A stretch of 64,000 nt of DNA from Candidatus Entotheonellaceae bacterium (GTDB taxonomy: Bacteria > Tectomicrobia > Entotheonellia > Entotheonellales > Entotheonellaceae): positions 2,272,001-2,336,000 of the forward strand of contig OZ250173.1 in the NCBI GenBank assembly GCA_965238075.1, in the 5' to 3' direction. Under the pieces are notes generated by a model, which saw nothing but the letters and a program-made list of their open reading frames with translations, was not told the origin of the DNA and made no database searches. The position numbers were made by a program, and so were the translations under genes. The stretch's first letter is position 1; each line of letters opens with the position of its first letter. Below are positions 30,088-39,772 of this stretch, piece after piece.

Positions 30088-30565
30088 GTGTAGGTATTTT
30101 CTCGGAGGCCGTGTCGAATCCTTCGCTCTCGCCCGGCTCCAACGACACGATTGGTCTGTTACCTACTACCGAGCGATTCCAACGTGTCATACGCCGAGAG
30201 TGCCGGCACGGCGAGATTGCGCTGGCGGGACATAACCCTCGACGGCTGAACCTTTCATTTGGCCGAAGTATAAGCTTGCGATCAGCCGTGTTGATTCAAG
30301 GTAAGATAGACCGAAACGCCTTGGCGAGTGGGTCATCGAACCGATTGTCGTAGAGGGACCCACCGGCGCTGCAGCGTCCAACCCTCCGAGGGCAAATTAA
30401 CTGTTATCGCGATTGTGTCGCCGCGCTGATTTAGCGCAACGTGCGTGACGTGACGCGCATCGCCGAGACTAACTTACTCCGTCACCCCTGGTTGTATCAT
30501 GCAGACCTTGACGGTAAACTAGCGGCTCCTTTTATCCCTCCAACCCCAACCGGCAAGAAACTCCA

Positions 30566-32875
30566 ATGACCTTGTGGCCCTTTTCTCCGTTGCTGTGGAA
30601 TACCCAGGCAGGAACATTCAGGAGCAGTTTGACGTGGGAGGCGACGTTTCCCGTCGTCGTGGTGGTCGTCATTGCGTTGGCCTTCGTTGCGCTGCTGGTG
30701 CGGCAGTGGCTCGACCTGGGGCCGCGCACCTCGAGGCGCGCGCGGTTGGGGCTGACGGCGCTGCGATTCGGGGCCTACGCGGTGGTTCTGGGCATGCTGC
30801 TCAACCCTGCCCTGTTGATCCAGAAGGTGATGATGATTCTGCCGCAGTTGGCGGTGCTGGTGGATACCTCCGGCAGCATGGGGCTGGGCACGGACGGCGA
30901 GCCCACGCGCCTGCAGGGGGTGGTCGATTATCTGCACGATGAGCAGCGCTCGGCGTTGGACAAGCTGGCCGAGCGGTATGAAATCGCGCTGTACCAGTTC
31001 GACGACACGGTGCGGATGCTGCCGCGTGAAGACCTGCCGCAGGTGCAGCCAGGCGGCCAGCGGACGGACTTGATCGGCGCCGTTACCCACGTGCTCGACG
31101 ACAACCGCAGCGCGCCGCCGGTTGGCATCATGGTGCTCAGCGACGGCGTTCATCACGGCTCGGACACCGGCCTCGGCTACCTGCGCCGGGCGGGCGTGCC
31201 CGTGGTGGCCGTCGGCGTGGACAACCTGGACACCTACCGGGACATTCGTGTTGTTGACGTGCAGGCGCCGTCATTGACCTTCCTGCATTATCCGGCGGAC
31301 GTTACTGCCACCATCCAGGTCTGGGGCTATGCCGAGGAAACGCTGGCGGTCGTCTTGCAGCGCGACGGCCGTGTCGTGGCGACGCAGCGAATGTTGGTCG
31401 CGTCGGACGCCTCCGAGCAGCAAATGACCTTCCCCTTGGAGCCGGACGTGATCGGCGAATTTGCCTATACGGTCAGTATCGCCCCGCGGCTCGGCGAGGC
31501 GCTCACCGACAACAACCGCGTCGATTTCCCGCTCTCCGTGGTGCGCGACAAAATCCGCGTGCTGCTGGTGTGCGGCAGCCCCACCTGGAATTACCGCTTC
31601 CTACGCCAGGCCCTCAAGCTCGACCCCAGTATCGACCTGCTGTCGTTCGTCATCCTGCGTACTGCCAACGACGTGGTGAACGTGCCCGAGAGCCAGCTCA
31701 GCCTCATCCCGTTCCCCACCGAGCGCCTGTTTACGCGGGAGCTGAGGAACTTCGACCTGATCATCTTCGAGAACTTTGATTCGCGGCGTTATTTCCCGGT
31801 GACCTATTTGCAGAACGTGGCGCGCTACGTCATGGACGGTGGCGCCTTTGCGATGATCGGCGGGCCGCTGGCGTTTTCGCAGGGCGGCTACCTGGGCACG
31901 CCCATCGAGGCCATCCTGCCGGTCTCCCTGCTCCGCGAGCGCCGTGATTATCAGCAGGCCACGCACCAGATGATGCTGACCGAGGCAGGCCGCACGCACC
32001 CGATCACGCGGCTGTCGTCGGACGACCGGGAAAACGAGCGCATCTGGGAGTCCATGCCGGAGCTGGATGCCCTCAATCGTGTCGGTAAGGCAAAGCCCGG
32101 CGCCACCGTCCTGGCCGTGACCGGCGAGTCCTCCGAGGATGGCTCCGGGGCGCCACTGCTGGCCATGCAATCCGTTGGCGAGGGCCGTACCCTGGCGCTG
32201 ATGAGCGATTACACCTGGAAGTGGAATTTCCAACTGGCCGGCCGCATGGACTCGAACCAGTACTACCTGCAGTTCATCCGCCAGATGGTGCGCTGGCTCA
32301 TCCACGACCCGGTTCTGAAACAGGTCCGCAGCATGGCCGACGCCCGCGAATTCCCCGTCGGCAGCGAAGTCACCGGCCTGTTCCAGGTGCTGCAGGACGA
32401 TTACCGCCCCGCCACGGAGGCCGTTTTGCGCCCCACCTTGCGCACCCCTAGGGGGCAGGAGATGGCCGTGCCGTACCGCCCGACCGGCAATCCGGGTGAA
32501 TACCGTTATCGCTTCCGGGCCGAGGAGGAGGGGCTGTACGAGCTCGACGTGCAGGCGCAGATTATGGACAAAACGCACGAGGCCAACCGGTTGCTGCTGC
32601 CCGTCCGACGTCCGGGCAACGAAAACCATCACGGCGCACCGAACCACGACCTGCTGCGCGACATCGCCGACCGCACGGACGGCACCTTCTTTACCCTGGA
32701 CGACCGCGCCCGGCCCACCCTCGCCAGTCTGGCGCAGTTCTTCGGCGGCGAGCCGGATTACCGCGTGCTGGAAGAGAGCCGACTGCGCTTGCGCGAATCC
32801 CTGCCGCTGTTCCTGGTGCTTCTCACCGTTTTGGCCGTCGAGTGGTGGTGGCGGCGGCGTGTTGGGTTGCTGTAG
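30566..32875 (+). CDS. Membrane VWA / GATase-like domain protein of the MoxR-BatA cluster
   Basis: N-terminal TMs, DTSGSM...SDG, P.W.YRFLR, LSLIPFP..LF, GG..MIGGP..F, C-terminal EWWWRRR.GL. Confidence 0.8.
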   Translation: MTLWPFSPLLWNTQAGTFRSSLTWEATFPVVVVVVIALAFVALLVRQWLDLGPRTSRRARLGLTALRFGAYAVVLGMLLNPALLIQKVMMILPQLAVLVDTSGSMGLGTDGEPTRLQGVVDYLHDEQRSALDKLAERYEIALYQFDDTVRMLPREDLPQVQPGGQRTDLIGAVTHVLDDNRSAPPVGIMVLSDGVHHGSDTGLGYLRRAGVPVVAVGVDNLDTYRDIRVVDVQAPSLTFLHYPADVTATIQVWGYAEETLAVVLQRDGRVVATQRMLVASDASEQQMTFPLEPDVIGEFAYTVSIAPRLGEALTDNNRVDFPLSVVRDKIRVLLVCGSPTWNYRFLRQALKLDPSIDLLSFVILRTANDVVNVPESQLSLIPFPTERLFTRELRNFDLIIFENFDSRRYFPVTYLQNVARYVMDGGAFAMIGGPLAFSQGGYLGTPIEAILPVSLLRERRDYQQATHQMMLTEAGRTHPITRLSSDDRENERIWESMPELDALNRVGKAKPGATVLAVTGESSEDGSGAPLLAMQSVGEGRTLALMSDYTWKWNFQLAGRMDSNQYYLQFIRQMVRWLIHDPVLKQVRSMADAREFPVGSEVTGLFQVLQDDYRPATEAVLRPTLRTPRGQEMAVPYRPTGNPGEYRYRFRAEEEGLYELDVQAQIMDKTHEANRLLLPVRRPGNENHHGAPNHDLLRDIADRTDGTFFTLDDRARPTLASLAQFFGGEPDYRVLEESRLRLRESLPLFLVLLTVLAVEWWWRRRVGLL

Positions 32876-32974
32876 GGCGTGCCTGGGTTTGAGGGAATTG
32901 CCAATGGCTCCCGTTCAAGCTGGAGGCGGGTTCTGCCGGGCCGCATACAGAATAATGGAAATAGATTCCCAGAG

Positions 32975-33064
32975 CGTCACTCCCGCGAAAGCGGGAGTCC
33001 AGGGTTTCTGGGGGCCGGGAGCCGAGCCGGAATCACTGGTTTTCGGGTCAAGCCCGGAATGACG
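32975..33064. repeat. CGTC-type REP doublet
   Basis: CGTCACTCCCGCGAAAGCGGGAGTCCAG ... CTGGTTTTCGGGTCAAGCCCGGAATGACG. Confidence 0.85.
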
Positions 33065-33104
33065 CTTTGGGTGCTGGATAGGCTCTCTTCATAGGATCGA
33101 GGAG

Positions 33105-33305
33105 ATGATGACGCCCGAGGAAATTCAGGCTCTGCGCGAGCATACGGAAATGACCCACGTGCAGATGGCGCAACTCTTTCGCGTGCGGCCGGCGGATGTG
33201 ATCGCCTGGGAGAACGGCGAGTTGGAACCCAGCGATGAGGAGTTGGAGAAGTTGCAGCGGTTGTCGGCCTCCGGGGCCAAGAAGGCCCGGTTCAAATTCA
33301 ATTAG
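33105..33305 (+). CDS. Small XRE-type helix-turn-helix protein
   Basis: MTPEEIQALRE..EMT..QMA......V..WENG...PS; GAGGAG RBS. Confidence 0.8.
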   Translation: MMTPEEIQALREHTEMTHVQMAQLFRVRPADVIAWENGELEPSDEELEKLQRLSASGAKKARFKFN

Positions 33306-33456
33306 GTCGCGGGCCGACATTCTTTTCCTTTTGAAGGACATTTTTGTTACGCTTGACACAAAAATGCCCCGACCCAGTGATGGTGTTTCCTACCCCGAGC
33401 CGTCCGCAAGGCCGCCAAGCCGCTATCTGCGAGGTTTTGGGCCATGTCATCGTTTG

Positions 33457-33472
33457 TGGCATGGATATTGCT
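33457..33472 (+). promoter_or_regulatory. Sigma54 (-24/-12) promoter of glnB-glnA
   Basis: TGGCATGGATATTGCT fits TGGCA-N6-TTGC, about 150 nt upstream of glnB. Confidence 0.75.
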
Positions 33473-33493
33473 GATTTGTTGTTTGACTCATAG

Positions 33494-33964
<471 letters not shown>

Positions 33965-34020
33965 GCGATGTCGGCTGGCGCTGCATCCGTTGGTGTACGT
34001 TAAGAAAGGAGGCAATTGTT

Positions 34021-35433
34021 ATGACACCGAGTGAAGTACTCAAATTGGCTGCGGACAAGGGGGCCAAGGTCTTCGACTTGCGTTTTCTGGATTTCCCGGG
34101 CCTGTGGCAGCACATGACCCATCCCATCAGCGAGCTCACCGAGGACGTGTTCGCCGAGGGCCTTGGCTTCGACGGCTCCAGCATCCGCGGCTGGCAGGCG
34201 ATCGACGCCAGCGACATGCTGGTGATGCCCGATCCCACCACGGCCCGCATGGACCCGTTCATGAAAGAGCCCACCCTGGTGATGATCTGCGATATCGTGG
34301 ACCCGTTGACTTACGAGCGCTACACCCGCGACCCGCGCAACATCGCCAAGAAGGCCGAGGCCTACGTGAAGGCCGGCGGTCTCGCGGATACGGCCTACGT
34401 GGGGCCGGAAGCGGAATTTTTCATTCTGGACGACATCCGCTACGACAGCAACGAGCATTCGGCGTATTACTTCGTGGATTCGGTGGAAGGGCAGTGGAAC
34501 ACCGGGCGCGTCGAGGGGCCCAACCTGGGTTACAAGCCGCGCTTCAAGGAAGGCTACTTCCCGGTGCCGCCCGCAGACAGCATGCACGACATCCGCACCG
34601 AGATGATCCTGACCATGGAGAAGCTGGGCATCCGCGTCGAGACGCATCACCACGAGGTCGCCACCGCCGGTCAGGCCGAGATCGACATGCGTTTCAACTC
34701 GCTGGTGACCATGGCCGACAATCTCATGTGGTACAAGTACATCATCAAGAACGTGGCGCGGCGCCATAATAAGACGGTCACGTTCATGCCCAAGCCGCTA
34801 TTCAACGACAACGGCAGCGGCATGCATGTGCACCAGAGTCTGTGGAAGGACGGCGAGCCGTTGTTTGCGGGCGACGGCTATGCCGGGGTCAGTCAGATGT
34901 GCCTCAACTACATCGGCGGCATCCTCAAACACGCCCCGGCGCTGTGCGCCTTCGTGGCGCCAACGACCAACTCGTACAAGCGCCTGGTGCCGGGTTTCGA
35001 GGCGCCGGTGAACCTGGCGTATTCCAGCCGCAACCGCAGCGCGGCGGTGCGCATCCCCATGTACTCGTCGAGCCCGAAGGCGAAGCGCATCGAGGTGCGC
35101 TTCCCCGATCCGTCCTGCAACGGCTACCTGGCCTTTTCCGCCATGCTGATGGCGGGCCTGGACGGCATCGAAAACCGCATCGACCCCGGCGAACCGCTGG
35201 ACAAGGACATTTACGCCCTCACGCCTGCGGAACTCAGCAAGGTTCCCTCCGTGCCGGGTTCGCTCGAAGGCGCCCTCGACGCTCTGGAACAGGACCACGA
35301 CTTCCTGCTCAAGGGCGACGTGTTCACCGCCGATGCCATCGACACGTGGCTCGATTACAAACGCACGAATGAAGTGAATGAGGTCCGCCTGCGGCCGCAT
35401 CCGTTCGAGTTCAAGCTGTACTTCGATATCTAG
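34021..35433 (+). CDS. glnA: Glutamine synthetase type I
   Basis: [45 protein letters not shown] adenylylation site. Confidence 0.98.
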   Translation: MTPSEVLKLAADKGAKVFDLRFLDFPGLWQHMTHPISELTEDVFAEGLGFDGSSIRGWQAIDASDMLVMPDPTTARMDPFMKEPTLVMICDIVDPLTYERYTRDPRNIAKKAEAYVKAGGLADTAYVGPEAEFFILDDIRYDSNEHSAYYFVDSVEGQWNTGRVEGPNLGYKPRFKEGYFPVPPADSMHDIRTEMILTMEKLGIRVETHHHEVATAGQAEIDMRFNSLVTMADNLMWYKYIIKNVARRHNKTVTFMPKPLFNDNGSGMHVHQSLWKDGEPLFAGDGYAGVSQMCLNYIGGILKHAPALCAFVAPTTNSYKRLVPGFEAPVNLAYSSRNRSAAVRIPMYSSSPKAKRIEVRFPDPSCNGYLAFSAMLMAGLDGIENRIDPGEPLDKDIYALTPAELSKVPSVPGSLEGALDALEQDHDFLLKGDVFTADAIDTWLDYKRTNEVNEVRLRPHPFEFKLYFDI

Positions 35434-35483
35434 AATACGTTTGGATCAAGACGGCTTAACTTAGGGCTTTCCCCCTTCCGATT

Positions 35484-35519
35484 CCCTCCCCCCTTGAGGG
35501 GGAGGATTAGGGTGGGGGG
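35484..35519. repeat. C/G-rich hairpin-plus-tail repeat (copy 1)
   Basis: CCCTCCCCCCTTGAGGGGGAGGATTAGGGTGGGGGG; related copy at 38344. Confidence 0.7.
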
Positions 35520-35566
35520 TCGCTCCCGCTGGCACCCGATCCCGCCTTTTGAGGAGAGGGGGGGTA

Positions 35567-35740
35567 TCACGCCTCCTTCTTGCCGGCGAAATGCCGCAGC
35601 AGGAACGCCGCATCGGCGGGAGAGAGATCGAAACGCAGACTGGCTTCATCCACCACCTTCACCGAGAAGGTCCCCTGTTCGGAAATCCACCGCACCGCCC
35701 GCCGCAGGTTTTCCTTTTCCGGTAGTATTGTTTCACCCAT
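35567..35740 (-). CDS. Small hypothetical protein (57 aa)
   Basis: MGETILPEKENLRRAVRWISEQ...EASLRFDLSPADAAFL; AAAGGA RBS. Resembles small conserved deltaproteobacterial proteins (recollection, unverified). Confidence 0.65.
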   Translation of the reverse strand: MGETILPEKENLRRAVRWISEQGTFSVKVVDEASLRFDLSPADAAFLLRHFAGKKEA

Positions 35741-35831
35741 AATCATCCTTTCCATGACATGGCCGCCATCTGCAGGCCGCCCGCTCCGCTCTGATTGAAC
35801 CCGACGTGCTGGCACGGAGACCCCACCAACC

Positions 35832-37031
35832 ATGACCGCAGCCCTGCAGGGCATCCGGGTGCTGGACCTTTCGCGCTACGTGGCCGGCGCCTATTGCGCC
35901 AAGTTGCTGGCGGCGTTCGGGGCCGAGGTGATCAAGGTCGAGCCGCCCGGCACGGGCGATCCGGCGCGCGCCATGGGGCCGTTTCTGCATGGCCGGCTCA
36001 ACCCGGAAACGAGCGCGCTGTTCCTCTACCTCAATCCCGGCAAGCAGGGCCTGACGCTCAATCTCAAGCACCCGCAGGGCCGGGACATTCTCCAGGCACT
36101 GGTTCGGGACACCGACGTGTTGGTTGAAAATTTCACGCCGCGTGTGATGCCGGCGCTCGGTTTGGATTACGCTACCCTGAGCGCCGTCAACCCGCGCTTG
36201 ATCATGGTGTCCATCAGCAGCTTCGGGCAGAGCGGACCGTATCGCGACTACAGGGCCAATGACATGATCTCGTACGCCTTGGGGGGTTACATGTACCTCA
36301 ACGGCCACCCGCAGCGACCGCCCTTGAGCGGGGGCGGCCATCAGCCGGCCTATCAGGGTGCCCTGCATGGCTACAGCGGCGCCATGGCGGCGCTCATGTC
36401 GCGGGAACAAAGCGGGCAGGGCCAGCACGTGGACATCTCGATCCAGGAATGCATGGCCTCCATCCACCAGTTTACCATCAACCGCTATGTGTACGTCGGA
36501 CGCATTCAGAAACGCCTTGGGAACCGCTATCAACGCGCTCATCCGATTACCATCTATCCCTGCAAGGACGGCCTGATCTCCCTGGCCGTCAGCACGCAGG
36601 AGCAATACGAGCGGTTCCTGGCCCTGGCCGGTCTGACGGCCTTGCTGGAGGATGCGCGGTTTGCCACGCCGTTCGCGTGCTCCGAGCATGCCGCGTCGTT
36701 TGACGAAAGTCTTGCCCCCTGGTTGCAGGCGAACGGCAAGCACGACATCGTGCATCGTTGTCAGGAAAACCGTATCCCGGCGGCCTTCGTCAACGACGTT
36801 GCCGAGGTGATGGACGACCCGCAGTACCAGTTCCGCGGCTTCTGGCACGATTTGGACCACCCCGTCGCCGGTCGTCAGACGTACGCCGGCTTTCCCTTCC
36901 ACATGACCGCAACGCCGCCGGTGCTGCAGCGGGCGTGTCTGTTGGGCGAACATACCCAGGACATCCTGGCCGCGCGGCTGGGCTGCAGCCACGTTCAACT
37001 GGCCGACTGGCGGACGCAGGGGGTCATCTAG
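35832..37031 (+). CDS. CaiB/BaiF family III CoA-transferase
   Basis: LQGIRVLDLS..VAG, GAEVIKVEPP..GD..R, DVLVENF.P, SISSFGQSGPY. Confidence 0.93.
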   Translation: MTAALQGIRVLDLSRYVAGAYCAKLLAAFGAEVIKVEPPGTGDPARAMGPFLHGRLNPETSALFLYLNPGKQGLTLNLKHPQGRDILQALVRDTDVLVENFTPRVMPALGLDYATLSAVNPRLIMVSISSFGQSGPYRDYRANDMISYALGGYMYLNGHPQRPPLSGGGHQPAYQGALHGYSGAMAALMSREQSGQGQHVDISIQECMASIHQFTINRYVYVGRIQKRLGNRYQRAHPITIYPCKDGLISLAVSTQEQYERFLALAGLTALLEDARFATPFACSEHAASFDESLAPWLQANGKHDIVHRCQENRIPAAFVNDVAEVMDDPQYQFRGFWHDLDHPVAGRQTYAGFPFHMTATPPVLQRACLLGEHTQDILAARLGCSHVQLADWRTQGVI

Positions 37032-37051
37032 GGCGAGGAAAGGGGCCTGCC

Positions 37052-38316
37052 ATGAACGGTGCGCTGCACGGTGTGCGCATGATCGATATGACCCGGGTAT
37101 GGGCCGGTCCTCACGCCACCCGGATGCTGGCCGACGTGGGAGCCGAAGTGATCCACGTCACCAGCCGCAAGCTGGTCGGCCCCCTCACCGTTACCCGGGA
37201 GACGGCCCGTATTCTGGGGGTCTATCCCGACGACGAGCCGGGCGAGCGGCATTGGAACCGTAACTCGCAAACCAATGACCTGATGCGCAACAAGTACGAC
37301 ATCACACTGGAGCTGGATACCCCCGACGGCCTGTCGTTGTTGCGCCGCCTCATCGCCATCAGCGACGTGGTGATCGAGAACTACAGCCCGCGCGTCATGC
37401 CCAAGTTTGGCCTGGATTATCCCCGCCTGCAGGAATTGAACCCCCGGATCATCTTGTGCTCGATGCCGGGCTACGGTTCCCAGGGACCCTACCGCGGCTT
37501 CATCTCCTACGGTACGAACGTGGACCCGGCAGCGGGACTTGCCAGTCTGATGGGCTACCCCGGTGAAGCGCCGCACATGAGCGGCAATGCCTACCCGGAT
37601 CCGGTGGCCGGCCTGTTCGCCGTCGGTGCCATCTTGACGGCGCTGTATCACCAACGGCGCACCGGGCAGGGGCAGCACATCGACCTCTCCCAGGCCGAGG
37701 CGACCACCGCCCTGCTGGGTGAGGTTTCGCTTGGCACCCGGCTGAACGACGTCGTCCCGCCCCGCATGGGGAACCGTCATCCGCGCCAGGCGCCGCATGG
37801 ATGCTATCCTTGCGCGGTGACGACACCTGGGTGGCCATTGCCGTGCGCAGCGACGAGGAATGGCACGCCTTTACGCGTGTCCTGGGCCATGCGGCCTGGT
37901 GTGCTGAGGCTCGTTTTGCCACGTTGCCCGGGCGCTTGCAACACCACGATGAGTTGGACCGCCATATCACCGCCTGGACGGTGAAACAGGACGCCTACCA
38001 CGTGATGCACACCTTGCAGAACGCCGGTGTGCCGGCCGGCGTGGTCGTCAACGCCGAGGAGTTGGTCAACGACCCGCACTTACACGCCCGCCATTTCTTC
38101 TGGGACATCGATCATCCCGAAGCGGGTATGCGACGTTACGCCGGTCAGCCGGTGCGGTTATCGGCGACCCCGGCACGGCTCTATCGCTCGGCGCCTTGTC
38201 TGGGGCAGCACAATGACCAGGTGCTGGGCGGATTGCTCGGGCTGTCAGCCGACGAACTCGCCGCCCTGCGCGACAAAGGCGTGATTGGCGATCATCCTTT
38301 GCCGCGAAATGGATGA
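37052..38316 (+). pseudogene. CaiB/BaiF CoA-transferase with a 1-nt frameshift near 37813
   Basis: N-part ends APHGCYPC; the C-part continues GDDTWVAIAVRSDEEW...APCLGQHN in another frame. Confidence 0.85.
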
Positions 38317-38343
38317 CCCGCCGTCACGCCGTTGGTTTATGTT

Positions 38344-38380
38344 CCCTCGCCCCTGGAGGGAGAGGGTTGGGGTGAGGGGG
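38344..38380. repeat. C/G-rich hairpin-plus-tail repeat (copy 2)
   Basis: CCCTCGCCCCTGGAGGGAGAGGGTTGGGGTGAGGGGG. Confidence 0.7.
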
Positions 38381-38478
38381 AAAGCGGAAGTGAGACACGA
38401 TCCAGATGCGAGCCGTCATAATCCGAAAACGATCTGGCGAGCGCGCCTCAGAGTGGATGTTTCAAGGAGGGTAAGACA

Positions 38479-39378
38479 GTGATCGAGATACGACCCATGT
38501 CGATTCATATCGGCGCGGAAATTCACGGTGTCGATCTGACCCAACCGCTGGCGTCGGAAGCGGTGCAAGAGATTCGCGCGGCCCTGCTGCAGTGGAAGGT
38601 GGTGTTTTTTCGCGACCAACACCTCAATCATCAACAGCAGACCGACTTTGCCCGGCAGTTCGGCCAACTCACCCCTGGGCACGTGGTGTTTGGCAACGAC
38701 GCCACCTATCCGGCCGTTTACTCGGTGGCCAAACACCGCATGGCGAATCGCCACCAACGCCAAGGGGTGATGAAGCCCTGGACGGGTTGGCACACCGACA
38801 TCACCGCCGCCATTAACCCACCAGCCGCCTCCATTTTGCGCGGCGAGATTGTTCCACCCTACGGCGGCGACACGCAATGGACCAACCTGGTGGTCGCCTA
38901 TGCGAACCTGTCGCCCACCTTGCAGGGCTTTATCGACGAGTTGCGCGCCGTGCACCGCTATGCCGCCCCGCAAACCGCCCAGGATACCGAGGAATATAAC
39001 GAACTGGTGCGCCGCTGTACGCTGGTGAGTGAGCACCCGCTGGTGCGGGTCCATCCCGAAACGGGCGAGCGCGCCCTGTATTGCAGCCCGTCGTTTCTCA
39101 AGTCAATCGTTGGCCTGACGCCGCGCGAGAGCGAGCAATTGCTGGAACTCCTATGGGAACACGCCATCCGGCCGGAATTCACGGTGCGCTTCAAGTGGGA
39201 ACCGGGCAGCCTGGCGTTTTGGGACAATCGCTCGACCGCCCACCTCGCCCCGCGCGATATCTTTGCGACCGATTTTGATCGGCAGTTCTACCGCATCACC
39301 CTCATGGGCGACATCCCGGTGGGGGTTGACGGCAAGGAGTCCGTGTCGGTCGCCGGCGATCCCATCACGTCTGTATGA
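38479..39378 (+). CDS. TauD/TfdA-family Fe(II)/2-oxoglutarate dioxygenase
   Basis: IGAEIHGVDL, WHTD, GGDTQW, HPLVRVHPETG, WDNRSTAH. Confidence 0.93.
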   Translation: MIEIRPMSIHIGAEIHGVDLTQPLASEAVQEIRAALLQWKVVFFRDQHLNHQQQTDFARQFGQLTPGHVVFGNDATYPAVYSVAKHRMANRHQRQGVMKPWTGWHTDITAAINPPAASILRGEIVPPYGGDTQWTNLVVAYANLSPTLQGFIDELRAVHRYAAPQTAQDTEEYNELVRRCTLVSEHPLVRVHPETGERALYCSPSFLKSIVGLTPRESEQLLELLWEHAIRPEFTVRFKWEPGSLAFWDNRSTAHLAPRDIFATDFDRQFYRITLMGDIPVGVDGKESVSVAGDPITSV

Positions 39379-39416
39379 AAGGCGCCTGCCACAGCCATTG
39401 CCCGGCGTTTGGGCAC

Positions 39417-39448
39417 AAAAAAACCCCGGAGGCGGGATGCCTCCGGGG
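39417..39448 (-). terminator. Intrinsic terminator
   Basis: 10-bp stem CCCCGGAGGC/GCCTCCGGGG with a 5-nt loop and a U7 tail on the minus strand. Confidence 0.85.
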
Positions 39449-39574
39449 TCGCGGTGGGCTGCTTGGACTAGCCGAGGCACGTGTGTGCCGACGCCTATGC
39501 GCCCAAGCCGATGCCTCAAGCCTCAGCCACCTCGCTGATCGTGTGTTGCATTAGATCACCTCCTTTCTTGCGTG
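39417..39574 (-). ncRNA. Candidate small RNA / micro-mRNA with 11-codon ORF (MQHTISEVAEA, 39516-39551)
   Basis: Bounded by a sigma70-type promoter and an intrinsic terminator; AGAAAGGAGGTGATC SD directly before the ATG. Confidence 0.6.
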
Positions 39575-39579
39575 CCGCA

Positions 39580-39607
39580 AGCATACCATTCCGCAACGTC
39601 GTGTCAA
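39580..39607 (-). promoter_or_regulatory. Sigma70-type promoter
   Basis: TTGACA-16nt-TATGCT with extended -10 TG. Confidence 0.7.
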
Positions 39608-39772
39608 GCGCCATTTAGGTGGCCCGCGGGCGGCCCTGCAAGCGGGTTCCGGGACGCCTGGACATGCCATTGACTCGACTCCTAATCGCGTCTAGGATAA
39701 ACGCCGCTCACGATCAGCCGCGGGCGGAGCCGGCTCCGCCCGCTTGCCATGGTTCAAACGGAGGACGTACTG

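Noticed and set aside
30088-30565. Extra ORFs or an element end downstream of the HEPN gene
   Set aside because: No convincing ORF, direct repeat or terminal inverted repeat; CGTCACCCC at 30480 is too short to call a REP.
615-33064. REP doublets as a CRISPR-like array
   Set aside because: Copies are dispersed and inverted, not tandem direct repeats, and no cas genes are present.
39554-39568. GATCACCTCCTTTCT as a 16S rRNA 3'-end fragment
   Set aside because: No other 16S sequence adjoins it; better explained as a minus-strand SD before an ATG.
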